Below, piece after piece: positions 25,701 to 37,016 of a stretch of DNA of 64,000 nt (positions within the stretch are counted from its first letter, which is position 1; every line of letters begins with the position of its first letter). Origin of the DNA: Phoronis australis (lineage: Eukaryota > Animalia > Phoronida); assembly GCA_002633005.1 (NCBI GenBank), contig NMRA01000210.1, positions 124,001 to 188,000 of the forward strand. The letters run 5' to 3'. The notes beneath the pieces were generated by a model. It did no database searches. It was not told the DNA's origin and saw nothing but the letters and a program-made list of their open reading frames with translations. A program made the position numbers and the translations under genes.

Positions 25701-28198
25701 TTCCAAGATACGTACGTTTAAGTGTGATGGCTATAGTGTAGGCCTACCTGAGTTTCACTCGTCTGGTCGCCTCTGTCTCAGCACTTGCTAGATTTCAGCT
25801 CTAGTTTAGCGAGGTAGTCCCCCGAAAACTGTTGTTTTTATTATTTTTCATATATTTTGACCTAATGGACATCATTTTGTATCATAACAGAGGTACATTT
25901 TTGTTATTCGTATACCCGTAAGTTGGCGTTCAACTGAACTTCCCTCCAAAATTGACAGATGCGATCGACACATGGAAAAGGCACTGGATTACTGAACCCA
26001 AAGTCTTGTTCTAGCTGCTGTCACGAGATAATAAACAACTGAATTACTTTTTGATGAGAACCTTTAGTATACACTTCGCTAGTAAAGTTAGAGAGAGCTC
26101 ATTTTGAAGTTGTTCAGACATGATATTTAGATTCATGAAGCTTTAAAAAAGAGTGTGAGCTATTTTTGTAAATAGTCATTTTCCGCCACTACACCAGACT
26201 TATCATGTTTTGTAACCATACTACAGCTTTGTGATTATTCTACGTTTAAAATCAACTGAAAGCTACCTTTATGCAATGAATCTCCAAATAAGTTTATTTG
26301 AAGGTAGGCATAACATAAATGCTTTAATGGTGAAATTACGGCAAATGACTTGGACACAGCCCTAGATCCTACCGTAACTAACTGCCTGCTTAGGACAAGC
26401 TGAAAGTGTAATCGAGCTATGAATCTGAGTTTCTTTAATCAAAATATTTCGTTCGATGATTAGAAAATCGTACACAGTAATAACGATTAGACCTACTTTA
26501 CTCGGAGAGTTCCACGAGTTGCGACCTACTTTTCATTTAGCAGACAGCAGAATAAAAATATCGATGCATCCTCGCTGACTTTGTTCGAAAGATCCTGAAA
26601 TCTGTCATCGTACAGATAATTCGACTTTAAGTTTTATAGCCAAATTTATACGAATATATTGCATCAGTGGCCTTGTCATTTGTAAGGTGAAGGTGGAACC
26701 CCGTGTGGGGTTCTTCGGATTTCCGCTGGGTCTGAAATACTTTTTTCGAAAAATTATGCGTTCATTGTCACCTTTACAAATTCCCACGTTATGAACGTTA
26801 GATTCTCCGCTGAAAATCATCGGCTGTTGTCTTTATGGAAGCGTTTTCGGTTAGTGCAAAAACATTCAATTCCACAAGCAACGTTGTTTAGCGACAGTGT
26901 ATTTGCCTCTGACATTTTGTTTGTTTGTCGGGTGTCACGTGACTTTGCAAAATGGCGGCACTTGGGATAAGACAATTAGAACACTGTTGTCTGATAAGAA
27001 ATCACAAATTGTTTTATGATATTGTCACCATAATATAAACGGGTAAAATGTATGTCTAGAGGGTGTGGATAGACGGACTAAAAAGATCTACAATGTATTT
27101 AAGAGGAGTAAATGTGGAGAACTGTGCAAATACTTTACCTTTCCGGGACAATCGATGTGTGTGTTCTTGGTCAATACCTGATATCCATTGTGTTTATTTA
27201 TTCCGCGGGTATAAATAATATTCTTAGACATCACCAATAGTTCAACATACCCGCTTGCATGCTTGCATCCTTCCTCAAAGAATACTTTACAGACACCCTT
27301 GCTGACCTCCTCGTTGTCTCTCGGCCCAATCACCGTAAGCCTGATTTTTACCTGAAAATTGTTTGATCCATCAAATCACCATACACGGAATAAAAGATAT
27401 ACTGGTTATCACACCGTCGGCAGTCATATGTAGGTACTTAACTTAAGCTCGCCGATTTTAGAGAACAGAAACATGTGAAACACTTTGTATACGAGTAAAC
27501 TAAATAGTGCCTGCGTTGCACATGTAATTAATGTTAGTTAACTTCTGTTGAAGCACGCTTATTCACGAGATTCCTGGGAGAACACTGTGAGTGAGTGGTA
27601 GGTATAACTTAGTTTGAAGGTTTGTCGTGAAGAAATGGTACAGGAATGACTCAGAAATGTAATGAATGGTTTAATTTTGTGATGACACGTTTGTTCTTTC
27701 CAAACAACGCCATCGTGCTTGTATTCCGTGTTTGTAGTCATGTCCATGAATGAGTATACTTTCTGAATTTCACGCCAGTCGCCTTCATAGTCGACCAAGT
27801 TCAGAAACTGATACGACGAAAATTTCACTTTAAATACGATCCTTACTTTTTCAACGAATATCCCATAGATGACGTCATATTCTTTAATCATAGGAGCCTG
27901 GAAGGAGAAAAGTTCATTGATTTACTAGTTTCATTACCACTGAAATAAAAAAACAACTGCTACGTTTGTATTTTTTGGGTTTGTTATACCCTGCTATAGT
28001 TTGCCTGAGAATGCTTAGACACTGTTGTTCATTACTCTATTGTTGTGTAAATAAAATATTTACCACAATGATGACAAGGCCAATGTACGCAGCAGCAAAA
28101 AACAGATGCAGCCAATCGGAGTTTGTCACGCCTGCAAGACATATGATGTCACCTTTCTGAAGTCCAATGGAAAGGAACCCTTTTGCGTAGCTGAGAGC
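7666..28198 (-). CDS. ACSF2: Acyl-CoA synthetase / AMP-binding enzyme, ACSF2-like (divergent), 16 coding exons, 519 aa recovered, N-terminus not located
   Basis: Hand-spliced, phase-consistent GT-AG exons: 28064-28198, 27847-27897, 27251-27351, 23699-23764, 20870-20987, 20435-20542, 19741-19916, 19347-19438 (or the duplicates at 14923-16570), 13865-13935, 13431-13538, 12586-12731, 9471-9618, 8701-8753, 8396-8453, 8161-8235, 7666-7719. Total 1560 nt including TAA. ANL motifs: GLQKGD, TSGSTGLPK, YGGTE, GEILCKG, WYITGD, GRTGD, VVGVPDD, RNKI. The symbol indicates family resemblance only; orthology is untested. Confidence 0.92.
8161..8235 (-). CDS. ACS exon (LILELWVPDKFIFMEKFPRVGIRNK)
   Basis: Acceptor gtttcag, donor GTAAGT. 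Contains the A10-region lysine. Confidence 0.92.
8396..8453 (-). CDS. ACS exon (LEDDQTASVEELKSYCSKN)
   Basis: Acceptor ttatag, donor GTAAGT; phase 2 to 0. Confidence 0.9.
8701..8753 (-). CDS. ACS exon (VVGVPDDYAGVIMVACI)
   Basis: Acceptor tttacag, donor GTGAGT; VVGVPD motif. Confidence 0.93.
9471..9618 (-). CDS. ACS exon (DIGVMNSEGILRIMGRTGD...DHPKVKSAQ)
   Basis: Acceptor ttatag, donor GTAATA; A7/A8 hinge motifs; lies within ORF 9444-9833. Confidence 0.95.
12293..12430 (+). repeat. ~28-bp minisatellite (tactgattggctactattggtttctgtc), ~5 units
   Basis: Directly visible tandem units, each with one or two ATTGG. Confidence 0.85.
12586..12731 (-). CDS. ACS exon (VKITDENGQVVPVETPGEILCKG...DGWYITG)
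   Basis: Acceptor tgtccag, donor GTATGA; A6 and A7 motifs. Confidence 0.96.
13070..13148. repeat. Imperfect (CA)n/(CAAA)n microsatellite
   Basis: Directly visible. Confidence 0.7.
13431..13538 (-). CDS. ACS exon (HTYGGTEPNLVTCTT...ETVGHPIPFYE)
   Basis: Acceptor ttttctag, donor GTTGGT; YGxTE (A5) motif. Confidence 0.95.
13865..13935 (-). CDS. ACS exon (GLVGSQRCSPELFEKMFKIFPELI)
   Basis: Acceptor tctttaaag, donor GTGAGT; phase 1 to 0. Confidence 0.9.
14923..15014 (-). CDS. ACS exon, copy 1 (CTHCCLWPAFYIDLLSSPNFDKYDLSCLRG)
   Basis: Acceptor tttccag, donor GTAAGG; YDLS.LR motif. Confidence 0.9.
15317..15492 (-). CDS. ACS exon, copy 1 (NPGIIATFNVW...LKVLEQER)
   Basis: Acceptor gttcag, donor GTGGGT. 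Confidence 0.88.
16018..16125 (-). CDS. ACS exon, copy 1 (GSTGLPKLVTWKQG...PGKAASVE)
   Basis: Acceptor gttttag, donor GTGAGC; P-loop. Confidence 0.9.
16453..16570 (-). CDS. ACS exon, copy 1 (KIKSLSDLEDGGSNVSGDALQ...DPYILLPTS)
   Basis: Acceptor gttacag, donor GTGAGG. Confidence 0.88.
17120..17920 (-). mobile_element. L1/Tx1-like APE endonuclease remnant, copy 1
   Basis: Broken frames with LFNNNFEYKI, GDLNLV, FTWKNP...ARPGFFLVSE...SGFRTDHL. Confidence 0.8.
19347..19438 (-). CDS. ACS exon, copy 2 (CTHCCLWPAFYIDLL...SCLRG)
   Basis: Same peptide and splice sites as 14923-15014. Confidence 0.88.
19741..19916 (-). CDS. ACS exon, copy 2 (NPGIIATFNVW...LEQER)
   Basis: Same peptide and splice sites as 15317-15492. 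Confidence 0.88.
20435..20542 (-). CDS. ACS exon, copy 2 (GSTGLPK...PGKTASVE)
   Basis: Acceptor attctag, donor GTGAGC. Confidence 0.9.
20870..20987 (-). CDS. ACS exon, copy 2 (KIKSLSDLEDGGSNVSEEALQ...DPYILLPTS)
   Basis: Acceptor gttacag, donor GTGAGG; lies within ORF 20765-21115. Confidence 0.9.
21550..22320 (-). mobile_element. L1/Tx1-like APE endonuclease remnant, copy 2
   Basis: DDIQIFSMNCSGLQNCARRKNEFNYLRN*NFSIYCL*DT...VLFNNSFEYKI...FTWKNP...SGYSTDHL. Confidence 0.82.
22916..23187. mobile_element. MITE with GGATTGTTCT terminal inverted repeats and CGACCC subterminal repeats
   Basis: ggattgttct...agaacaatcc; the body is shared with 31781-32065. Confidence 0.7.
23699..23764 (-). CDS. ACS exon (HSVEFMFCQSGEFEKSEVVTK)
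   Basis: Acceptor gttttacag, donor GTGGGT. Phase 2 to 2 bridges the flanking exons; weak sequence conservation. Confidence 0.7.
24355..25138. mobile_element. 784-bp insertion with perfect 16-bp TIRs (TGTCACACTCGACACA)
   Basis: TIRs at 24355-24370 and 25123-25138; flanks gaatgt / gaatat (6-bp TSD with one mismatch). Confidence 0.75.
27251..27351 (-). CDS. ACS exon (VKIRLTVIGPRDNEEVSKGVCKVFFEEGCKHAS)
   Basis: Acceptor attttcag, donor GTATGT; phase 0 to 2. Confidence 0.8.
27847..27897 (-). CDS. ACS exon (APMIKEYDVIYGIFVEK)
   Basis: Acceptor ctccttccag, donor GTAAGG; positionally equivalent to the NPxY...ELxYxLxK segment. Confidence 0.85.
28064..28198 (-). CDS. ACS exon (ALSYAKGFLSIGLQKGDIICLAGVTNSDWLHLFFAAAYIGLVIIV)
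   Basis: Acceptor ttctgacag, donor GTAAAT; A2 motif GLxKGD. Confidence 0.93.
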
Positions 28199-28280
28199 CT
28201 GTCAGAACCGAAATACATAATCGTCTACATGTAGAAGGACTGCATTTGTACTGTAGCTGATATAGAATACATACACTTAA

Positions 28281-28700
28281 AGAGGCCTGGAACCCAAAAA
28301 CAGACTAAATTACATTATTCGAAGTGGTCATCTTCCACTGAAACAGAAATCAACCTGCTCACCAGATATTTTTCGGTTTGTTCGTAAACATTTTGAATTT
28401 GTGTTGATGTCAAAGCATTTTTCTTTTAGTGTCAAATTTCAGGACGCGACCAGTCAACTGCTAGCAAATTTCTCCCAAGAGACAAACCCCGTTCCCTTTA
28501 TAATAGAGGCAACACGCCTTTTATGGAAACTGGCAAAACCCATGATGCAAGCAAAACAACGGAGACTTCAAGTAGCAGCCTGTTCGATTATGAGACGATT
28601 GATGTAACTCCCCATTGTAGAAATTAGTTGTAAATGTATCGTGGTATTCAAATACATTCTAAAATGCATTTGGAACTATTTTCAGGAAATCACTTTCTTC
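28281..28700 (+). mobile_element. Non-autonomous TTAA-flanked element fragment (Kolobok-like), related to 5993-6480
   Basis: Shared terminus and internal blocks (tcaacc.g.tca.cag.tatttt.cggtttgttcgt; ttcaaat..attct.aaatgca). Confidence 0.5.
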
Positions 28701-29899
28701 AACCATACGAGCCTGTTTGCTTTGTGCACTTTGTAAATTCGCCAGTATGTTGAGACAAATACATGTATTTTCGACGAAACTTTCAAAACCATACTTACAT
28801 GTATGCGCTGTTCTCCAAATCATATGAAAGGAACCGTTTTCAACATGGTTTACTTTTGTATGAGGGCTAAGTACAGTTTTTAATTTTCATGAAAAATTCA
28901 CGAAACGAAAAACAAAATGGTAATTGACAGCGTTTATGAGATTTTATCTTGAACATTTGCATTAAAAACCTATTTATGGTATTTATAGGGTAGTTTTGCA
29001 ATCACTCTACTTTTCTTTCTGCAGTATTTTATTGAAAAGGCGTGACCATGGAAGCCAATTAATATAAGGGTGGTGAAAGGTATATTATTAGAATGTCTAT
29101 TGTGTTATCTATGAAATAAAGATTATCGATCGTCGACTTGTTTTTGAGTTTAAACAGCATTACATAAGACTGCGCACTGTGACCATCTTGAAAGCGCGAC
29201 AAGATCAAGATCATTACATGAAAATATAGATATTGTATACGTCAAAGTAGAGCCAATCCGAAAATCACGGTAGAAGCCGTCTTTCACGGTTGGTGTGCAG
29301 TCTGCTGGTGGAGTAAATTCGCGTGTACAACGCCATATTTTATTGGGTTCAATCATTTGGATTACCTGAATCATTAATCCAAGGCATCGTTCCTGAAAAA
29401 ACAGTTTTACTTCTCTAAAAACAGTAAAGATTTACCGATGAAAATTCCAACGCACGGGGATCAGAGGCGATTTTTGGGCCTCGATGAAGTTTCAATCTGG
29501 GTCATCGTACATGTAAATCGGACAAGCTAAGTAGCGTAACCGGCAAGCAAAATCAGCCAAAATCTAATTCAAATCCAACGCCAAGGTTTCTTTATGGATG
29601 CATAAAGTATATCTAAACTGAGAGCTAAGGTCTTTACACGAAATTAAGACCTAACAACGAGTTTGTGTTTTTTACTGAGCCAATCGTCTGGTTGCAGCGC
29701 TCAGCTCACCGTCGGTGCCCGCCGTAGCGTAAAATCTGTTTTTTGTGATATGGTCATTACCTTATGTTCAGCAAATCAGCAAAGCTTCCACCGTTTTTTC
29801 CAATGCTGTGTGTCCTTAGTCGCAATCACCTATGTCGCCCCGGATGTCCATGCTTGGCAGTTCCTACGTTCATTGGTTGGACAACCTCGTGTCCAACCC

Positions 29900-30520
29900 T
29901 CCCCAGTTCCGGTACCTCCACAACTACTGATTCCGGCCCTATCTGGTCACCATTTCGTCCTTGGGCATATCTGGCCGCACCCTTTTCCACGGCACCAGGT
30001 CCATACAATCGTTCAACTGTTCCCTCTCTCGTTCCGTTCCCCTCTCGACCTCGTTCTTCTCCAGATCGGTGGGAATGACCTGTACTCCACCTGTGCCCTG
30101 GCCGCACAACTAGTTTCTTTCGCCCGCTTTTTGTTAATCGCTTACAACGCCCGGCGTGTGCTTTTCTGGCAGTAGTTTCACCGATTGCACGCTGGAAGGC
30201 TCTTCCATTCTTGGCTGCTATTCTTCAATGCGTCCCTTAAATCCCTCGTGTCCAACGAGCCCCACATTTTTTCTGGACTTACAAGGGAGGTTTCTGGGCT
30301 AACCCCAAACACCTCTACCACCTACAGTTGACGGAGTCCACTTCAACCACTCGGGTCTCCACAAACATGCATTCAGCATGTGCGTGGCCATCGGTTACCA
30401 CCTCCGCCAACTGGGCCTTCTCACCCACTCGTCCCACACCCCCTCCCCCACACCTCAGCCTGTCCTTCCAATTCTTCACTTTATTTATAATCGCTCCATT
30501 ATAAAGTGTAACTGGTTCCT
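29900..30520 (+). mobile_element. SGNH/GDSL hydrolase ORF remnant, probably from an Ngaro/DIRS-like retroelement
   Basis: GHHFV, DLVLLQIGGNDL and DGVHFN (~30330) match SGNH blocks I, III and V. One stop and two frameshifts; C-rich composition. Element class is inference. Confidence 0.7.
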
Positions 30521-31780
30521 ATTAATTTGCACCTTTTTAGAACCAGTCACATTTTGGCGGTTGCCTACAGGGGGCCTTATGCTCTGTCCTAATCTTTATT
30601 TTGGCGGTGTTTTTCAACGGGGTCTTTTTTGTTTCTTTACATTTCTCTACTCGACACCTGATTGGTCACTGATATTTCCTTTGTTCAGTTTAACGTGGTC
30701 TACATGTAGTTCATTCAGCAACCTACATCGTCGTCTACAACATCTACGTTTGTTCTTAGCATTTTTCCTACCCTCCATCCTTGGTGTCTGTTTAAACTAT
30801 TTTGTCATTATACGTTACCTGGTAGGGCTTTTTCAAGTTCTTTACGCCCTTCAGTAGGCAGTTTTTATGTTTATTGTTTTGGTTCCATCATTAAGGGCAA
30901 TTCATTGTACACGACGGTGGCATATTTTGTATACCCATCTTACAGAGTTTTCTTTAGTTCTTCTACTAACGTCATCTTCTTTTACTCTGCAACATAACTC
31001 GTGGAGNGTTTGTACGTACACGAAAACACATAGGAAAACTGGAACGTTGTAAAACGTTACGACACATTGCAGAAAAGAAATTTAAAACGACGCGTACCTT
31101 CTGTTCCCAGTGTTGTTCGCACGATGATCGTGTGTCTCAAAAGGAATTTTATTAATGCATCTGAAGAGATTTAATAGCTTTTAGTATTTCTGTTGCTATG
31201 AAACAAGCCAAAAATTAAAAAAACATATTTTTCTGTAATTGGGTTTGTATGAAATGGGTGGAAGACCGTCTTCGCCGTTGTTGTTTTCGCCAGTGCGATA
31301 CTGAGGAGTTGTGAGGAAAGTCCACCTCGAACAGCCTTTTTCAGACAAGAAAAGGTGTGTTTGTTGAGGCTTTGATAACAGCAACTTGATTAAGAACGTG
31401 TCTGTGTTCAAATTTCCTATACACGTGAAAGTTGTACGGAAATGGCATCGGTTTGTGCGCCGCACGAGAGTGCAGAATGTCAGTGTGGAACAAGCAATTC
31501 AGTCGGAAGCCACTGCACACTTTGTTTGGCACATTTCAAAGAATCGTGTCTTGATCACACACAAAAACGGTGTCACGATGAAGGACTCGCCACCTTGTAA
31601 GTGCATTCTTAAATTTTATAAATAATGAACAAACTGCTTCGATTCTAGAGCGAGTGATGCCAGGATCTCCACCCCGGCCCAGATTGGCTCATTCCTCATG
31701 GCAATAGTGAATACGAGTAACCCAGGTTTCCCTGTGGCCTTTGTCTGTGATTATTAAGCGTCTATTTTGTGAATATTAAC

Positions 31781-32632
31781 GGATTGTTCTGAAACCCCTT
31801 CGATCCCAGACCCCTCAACCCCCTCGACCCACAACCCCCTCGACTCACTCCCCCCTCGACTCATGACCCACGACCCCCTCGACCCAGTCTCCACAAGCTC
31901 CACTCAATCTGAACATAGAACAAGCGCTGACTTGTAGGACCAGTGAGTTGGGTCGTGAGCTCGGCTGGCTTTCCCTGTTTTTGGAATTAAGGTAGACGAT
32001 TCGGCAAGATTGAATGCCAAAAAACAAAAGCAAAAAACAAAACTCGAGCAAATCAAATCAAAGACCTATCAACGTTACAAATATCGCTCATGGCAGAGTG
32101 TAATCGTCTCGTCTGCTCTTCAGTGAATGGCAAATTCGACTTTTTTCCGGATAGTGCGATGAACCCGACAAAACTGTAATTTCATCAGCAAACGCAGTTT
32201 GGAAAGACAGACTTTCAACTAAAAAGTATACCAATGTTATATTGAGTATATTGTAAACGAGTATACAATAGAAAAGCAAATAATGAAAATGGGAAATTAT
32301 GTACATTCACGTTAACGTACGTTTTCTTTAAGTTTAGTAGAACTGGGCCAATGGTAGCCGCTCGTGGAACTATTTCCGTGACAACGATAGAGGGCACACA
32401 ATGCGCTATATCAGATCACGTTCTCACGCCACTTTCTGTTTTAATCACCAGACTTGAGCCAGAGCAGACTCTTGTGTAGGTACAGTATGTCTTATGGGAA
32501 TGTCACTCATAAAAGAAATTTGTAAAAAGCGCAAAAATACCTCTATTGCCACAGATCGTGGGTTGTGGGGGTTGTGGGTCGAGGAAATCGTGTGTCGAGG
32601 AGTACGGGGGTCGAGGGCTTTTAGAAAAGTCC
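31781..32632. mobile_element. Longer member of the GGATTGTTCT-TIR MITE family
   Basis: Left end ggattgttctgaaacccc with CGACCC repeats; right end has inverted GGGTCG repeats ending agaaaagtcc. Confidence 0.65.
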
Positions 32633-33770
32633 CAATTATTGGCAAATATAGAAGAGCGGATGCATCAGGGTATTCCTTTCCCTGGTGAATGGTGCGCATC
32701 ACTTCCTGGAAACCAAGAACTATTTGCTTGAAATGGAATGAAACATGTAGCTCCCAGAAGATATCAACTCTAATGTCAGAGATTCGCAAATCTGCAAGAT
32801 TTTAGAACTTGATGTTTTGAAACACATGGGTGGCAAAGCAACGATCCTTGATGTCATTTTTGACTGCTGTACAATGTCCAAATTTGTTCAGTCTTTGTCT
32901 TGTCCATGAGACGTCTTGATTTCCAACCAGTCATTGCTGCTATCATCCCCTTACCGTGGATAAAAAACAGTGCAAAATATATATACACTTGACCGTTTTT
33001 GTCAGTGACTTTTATGTCAAACCAATGTTTTGGAATAAATATTTGAGAGCTTAATATAAATGCAATGTTCATATTTTAAAATAATTCAGTCCTATTGCAG
33101 TCATATCTTAATGTTTTAGGCCATTCAATCAGAAACCAGTCACATCTAAACATGCATTCAAGGACAAGACATCATGGACAAATCAATGATTTTTCGTTCT
33201 TGAATATTTGATGCCATTAAAATTCAAAGATTTCATATCAAATACTGAACATATTCGAATTTTAACCAAACCAGTGAGTTGCCCCCACCTTAAAACCATA
33301 GACTAGAACCAAAGCTTATGTCTGAAGAAGTTATGTCTGTTCTTAGTGATTTCGAAACATCGTGGCTGCCATCTTGAATATGACCCAGTTTAAACCATTT
33401 CCGGTGGTCAGACTTTGGTAGACTTTTTTCTTGTTAATACACAGGTACATGTAAATATACTCAGTAGGGCAGAACACCACAATGAAACTTTTGTTGCAAT
33501 TTGTTGTGGTCAGGTGCTATTTGTCATAAATTGACCCGTTCATAAAATAGAGATCAGCGCTTGTAAATCCTCCTTGTATATCAATACGAACGATCGTTTT
33601 TCTCCAAACCGCAATCAATGTTGATTTTTACCTTATTATTTCACCGACTTTCAGAAAACGAAACCAATATTATGCTGTTTTTTCAGCCGATACCGTCGTA
33701 ATGTTTATTTTTAACGAAAACTAAAGATTTGAGCACTTTGGAAATTCGCCAGTATGTAGAGGCAGAGATG

Positions 33771-36700
33771 TTTACTATTGTAACAGTTTATGTCCGGTTA
33801 ATTGAGCCTCGCTTGCACGGGACACTGAAAGCAACTGCGACCGACTCTTGCACAGCGCGCTTTTTGATCCTAAAAGTAGCTCAGAGCACAGGTGAAGGGT
33901 GAGCGGTGAAAAATCCCGCTTATCTTTGGAAATTCATGATTTCTTTGTAACCGAATTATTCACGGCTTCCGTTTTCCCAGGTTCATTCCGAGTCAAACTC
34001 ACTAATAAGCCTAGTCGAATAGACCACACAGTCATTGATACGTGAATCAATCTTACACCCGATCTTGGTGAAAACGCCGAACGACACTGTTCTCCAGCTC
34101 GTGACACCTGACCGGAAATCCGTATGCAAAAAGCACATAAAATTCCGGTTAAGATTCCCGTGTAGGTATTGAGAGCTTCACAAGAGTATCTAAAATACCA
34201 TAATAATCGCTGAAAGCACACAAATCTCCTTTAGATCTTCAGCTGAATGTGACGTTTTAATTACAAAAAACTACAGGTCAGTTCCATCTCTAATGAGCTG
34301 ATGACAGTTTATAGCGTAAAAACTCAACGCCTACAAGTAGCTGCGATACGTGAGCAATGATCAGGACATGATCAGTTTGTCAATGCTTATTTACAGACGG
34401 GTTACAAGTCTATGACATTATTTTACACGCGTGGCACGTGAAGTTCGGAGAGGTTTTACAACTCACCCTATTATCTTCTGCTGTCCTGTGTTCATAGTTG
34501 CGAATAGTCACTAATAAGAGATGGTGCTTCGTATTTTACTGTTATCAATAGAGCGTGACTTATCTTTAATCACGACCTTTTTGGCCGAACCCCTAACCCG
34601 CAAATAGTTACAGTGCATCTCGGAGCAACGCCAAAAATATCTGACATAGGTAGTGTGCATGCGCAACAAGCACCTAACTATTCCCTCCAGAAATACACAC
34701 AAGGGATTTTCCGGCAGATTGTATAATCTTGACCAAGCAGCTTGACCTACATTCTACAGCTGCTGACTTTACACCACAGTTGTAACATGATGAGCTCATT
34801 GTTTTACTTTTTGTTTACACTGTCAGCTGTTCTTAAACGAGAAGTAAACCCATTTTCATGTAATTTTTAGTAAAAATACGGTTCGTTGATTATCCCAGAC
34901 ATTTGTTTCGGATAATAACGGCTTACCTTAATTTTATTAATTAGCCGCATCTTACTCCGGAAGAGACGTTTAGGGGGTTAAGAATTTCCCNNNNNNNNNN
35001 NNNNNNNNNNNNNNNNNNNNNNNNNNNNNNNNNNNNNNNNNNNNNNNNNNNNNNNNNNNNNNNNNNNNNNNNNNNNNNNNNNNNNNNNNNNNNNNNNNNN
35101 NNNNNNNNNNNNNNNNNNNNNNNNNNNNNNNNNNNNNNNNNNNNNNNNNNNNNNNNNNNNNNNNNNNNNNNNNNNNNNNNNNNNNNNNNNNNNNNNNNNN
35201 NNNNNNNNNNNNNNNNNNNNNNNNNNNNNNNNNNNNNNNNNNNNNNNNNNNNNNNNNNNNNNNNNNNNNNNNNNNNNNNNNNNNNNNNNNNNNNNNNNNN
35301 NNNNNNNNNNNNNNNNNNNNNNNNNNNNNNNNNNNNNNNNNNNNNNNNNNNNNNNNNNNNNNNNNNNNNNNNNNNNNNNNNNNNNNNNNNNNNNNNNNNN
35401 NNNNNNNNNNNNNNNNNNNNNNNNNNNNNNNNNNNNNNNNNNNNNNNNNNNNNNNNNNNNNNNNNNNNNNNNNNNNNNNNNNNNNNNNNNNNNNNNNNNN
35501 NNNNNNNNNNNNNNNNNNNNNNNNNNNNNNNNNNNNNNNNNNNNNNNNNNNNNNNNNNNNNNNNNNNNNNNNNNNNNNNNNNNNNNNNNNNNNNNNNNNN
35601 NNNNNNNNNNNNNNNNNNNNNNNNNNNNNNNNNNNNNNNNNNNNNNNNNNNNNNNNNNNNNNNNNNNNNNNNNNNNNNNNNNNNNNNNNNNNNNNNNNNN
35701 NNNNNNNNNNNNNNNNNNNNNNNNNNNNNNNNNNNNNNNNNNNNNNNNNNNNNNNNNNNNNNNNNNNNNNNNNNNNNNNNNNNNNNNNNNNNNNNNNNNN
35801 NTTTACTATTGTAACAGTTTATGTCCGGTTAATTGAGCCTCGCTTGCACGGGACACTGAAAGCAACTGCGTCCGACTCTTGCACAGCGCGCTTTTTGATC
35901 CTAAAAGTAGCTCAGAGCACAGGTGAAGGGTGAGCGGTGAAAAATCCCGCTTATCTTTGGAAATTCATGATTTCTTTGTAACCGAATTATTCACGGCTTC
36001 CGTTTTCCCAAGTTCATTCCGAGTCAAACTCACTAATAAGCCTAGTCGAATAGACCACACAGTCATTGATACGTGAATCAATGTTACATCCGATCTTGGT
36101 GAAAACGCCGAACGACACTGTTATCCAGCTCGTGACACCTGACCGGAAATCCGTATGCAAAAAGCACATAAAATTCCGGTTAAGATTCCCGTGTAAGTAT
36201 TGAGAGCTTCACAAGAGTCACATGTTAATCGCTGAAAGCACACAAATCTCCTTTAGATCTTCAGCTGAATGTGACGTTTTTTAAAATTACAAAAAACTAC
36301 AGGTCAGTTCCATGTCTATTGAGCTGATGACAGTTTATAGATTAAAAACTCAACGCCTACAAGTAGCTGCGATACGTGAGCACTGATCAGGACATGATCA
36401 GTCTGTCAATGCTTATTTACAGACGGGTTACAAGTCTATGACATTATTTTACACGCGTGGAACGTGAAGTTCGGAGAGGTTTTACAACTCACCCTATTAT
36501 CTTCTGCTGTCCTGTGTTCATAGTTGCGAATAGTCACTAATAAGAGATGGTGCTTCGTATTTTACTGTTATCAATAGAGCGTGACTTATCTTTAATCATG
36601 ACCTTTTTGGCCGAACCCCTAACCCGCAAATAGTTACAGTGCATCTCGGAGCAACGCCAAAAATATCTGACATAGGTAGTGTGCATGCGCAGCAAGCACC

Positions 36701-37016
36701 TAACTATTCCCTCCAGAAATACACACAAGGGATTTTCCGGCAGATTGTATAATCTTGACCAAGCAGCTTGACCTACATTCTACAGCTGCTGACTTTACAC
36801 CGCAGTTGTAACATGATGAGCTCATTGTTTTACTTTTTGTTTATACTGTCAGCTGTTCTTAAACGAGAAGTAAACCCCTTTTCATGTAATTTTTAGTAAA
36901 AATACGGTTCGTTGATTATCCCAGACATTTGTTTCGGTTAATAACGGCTTACCTTAATTTTATTAATTAGCCGTATCTTACTCCGGAAGTGACGTTTAGG
37001 GGGTTAAGATTTTGCC
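33771..37016. repeat. 1.2-kb duplication (33771-34990 and 35802-37016) flanking an 811-N gap
   Basis: Nearly identical colinear copies that directly abut the gap; likely uncollapsed haplotypes. Confidence 0.92.

Noticed and set aside
25240-31465. Apparent Rel-homology-like peptides (GYTGE, KGVCKV, HNVGIC, KDGFY, RVKLRF) suggesting a second gene fused to the ACS
   Set aside because: The blocks with strong splice sites (27251-27351, 27847-27897, 28064-28198) are explained as ACS exons. The others need weak donors and hand-picked frames, so the chain was over-fitted.
32088-32789. Peptides resembling an ACS N-terminus (SDIPIRHTVP, EYPDASAL, HYPEK)
   Set aside because: They lie largely inside a MITE and lack compatible splice sites and phases.
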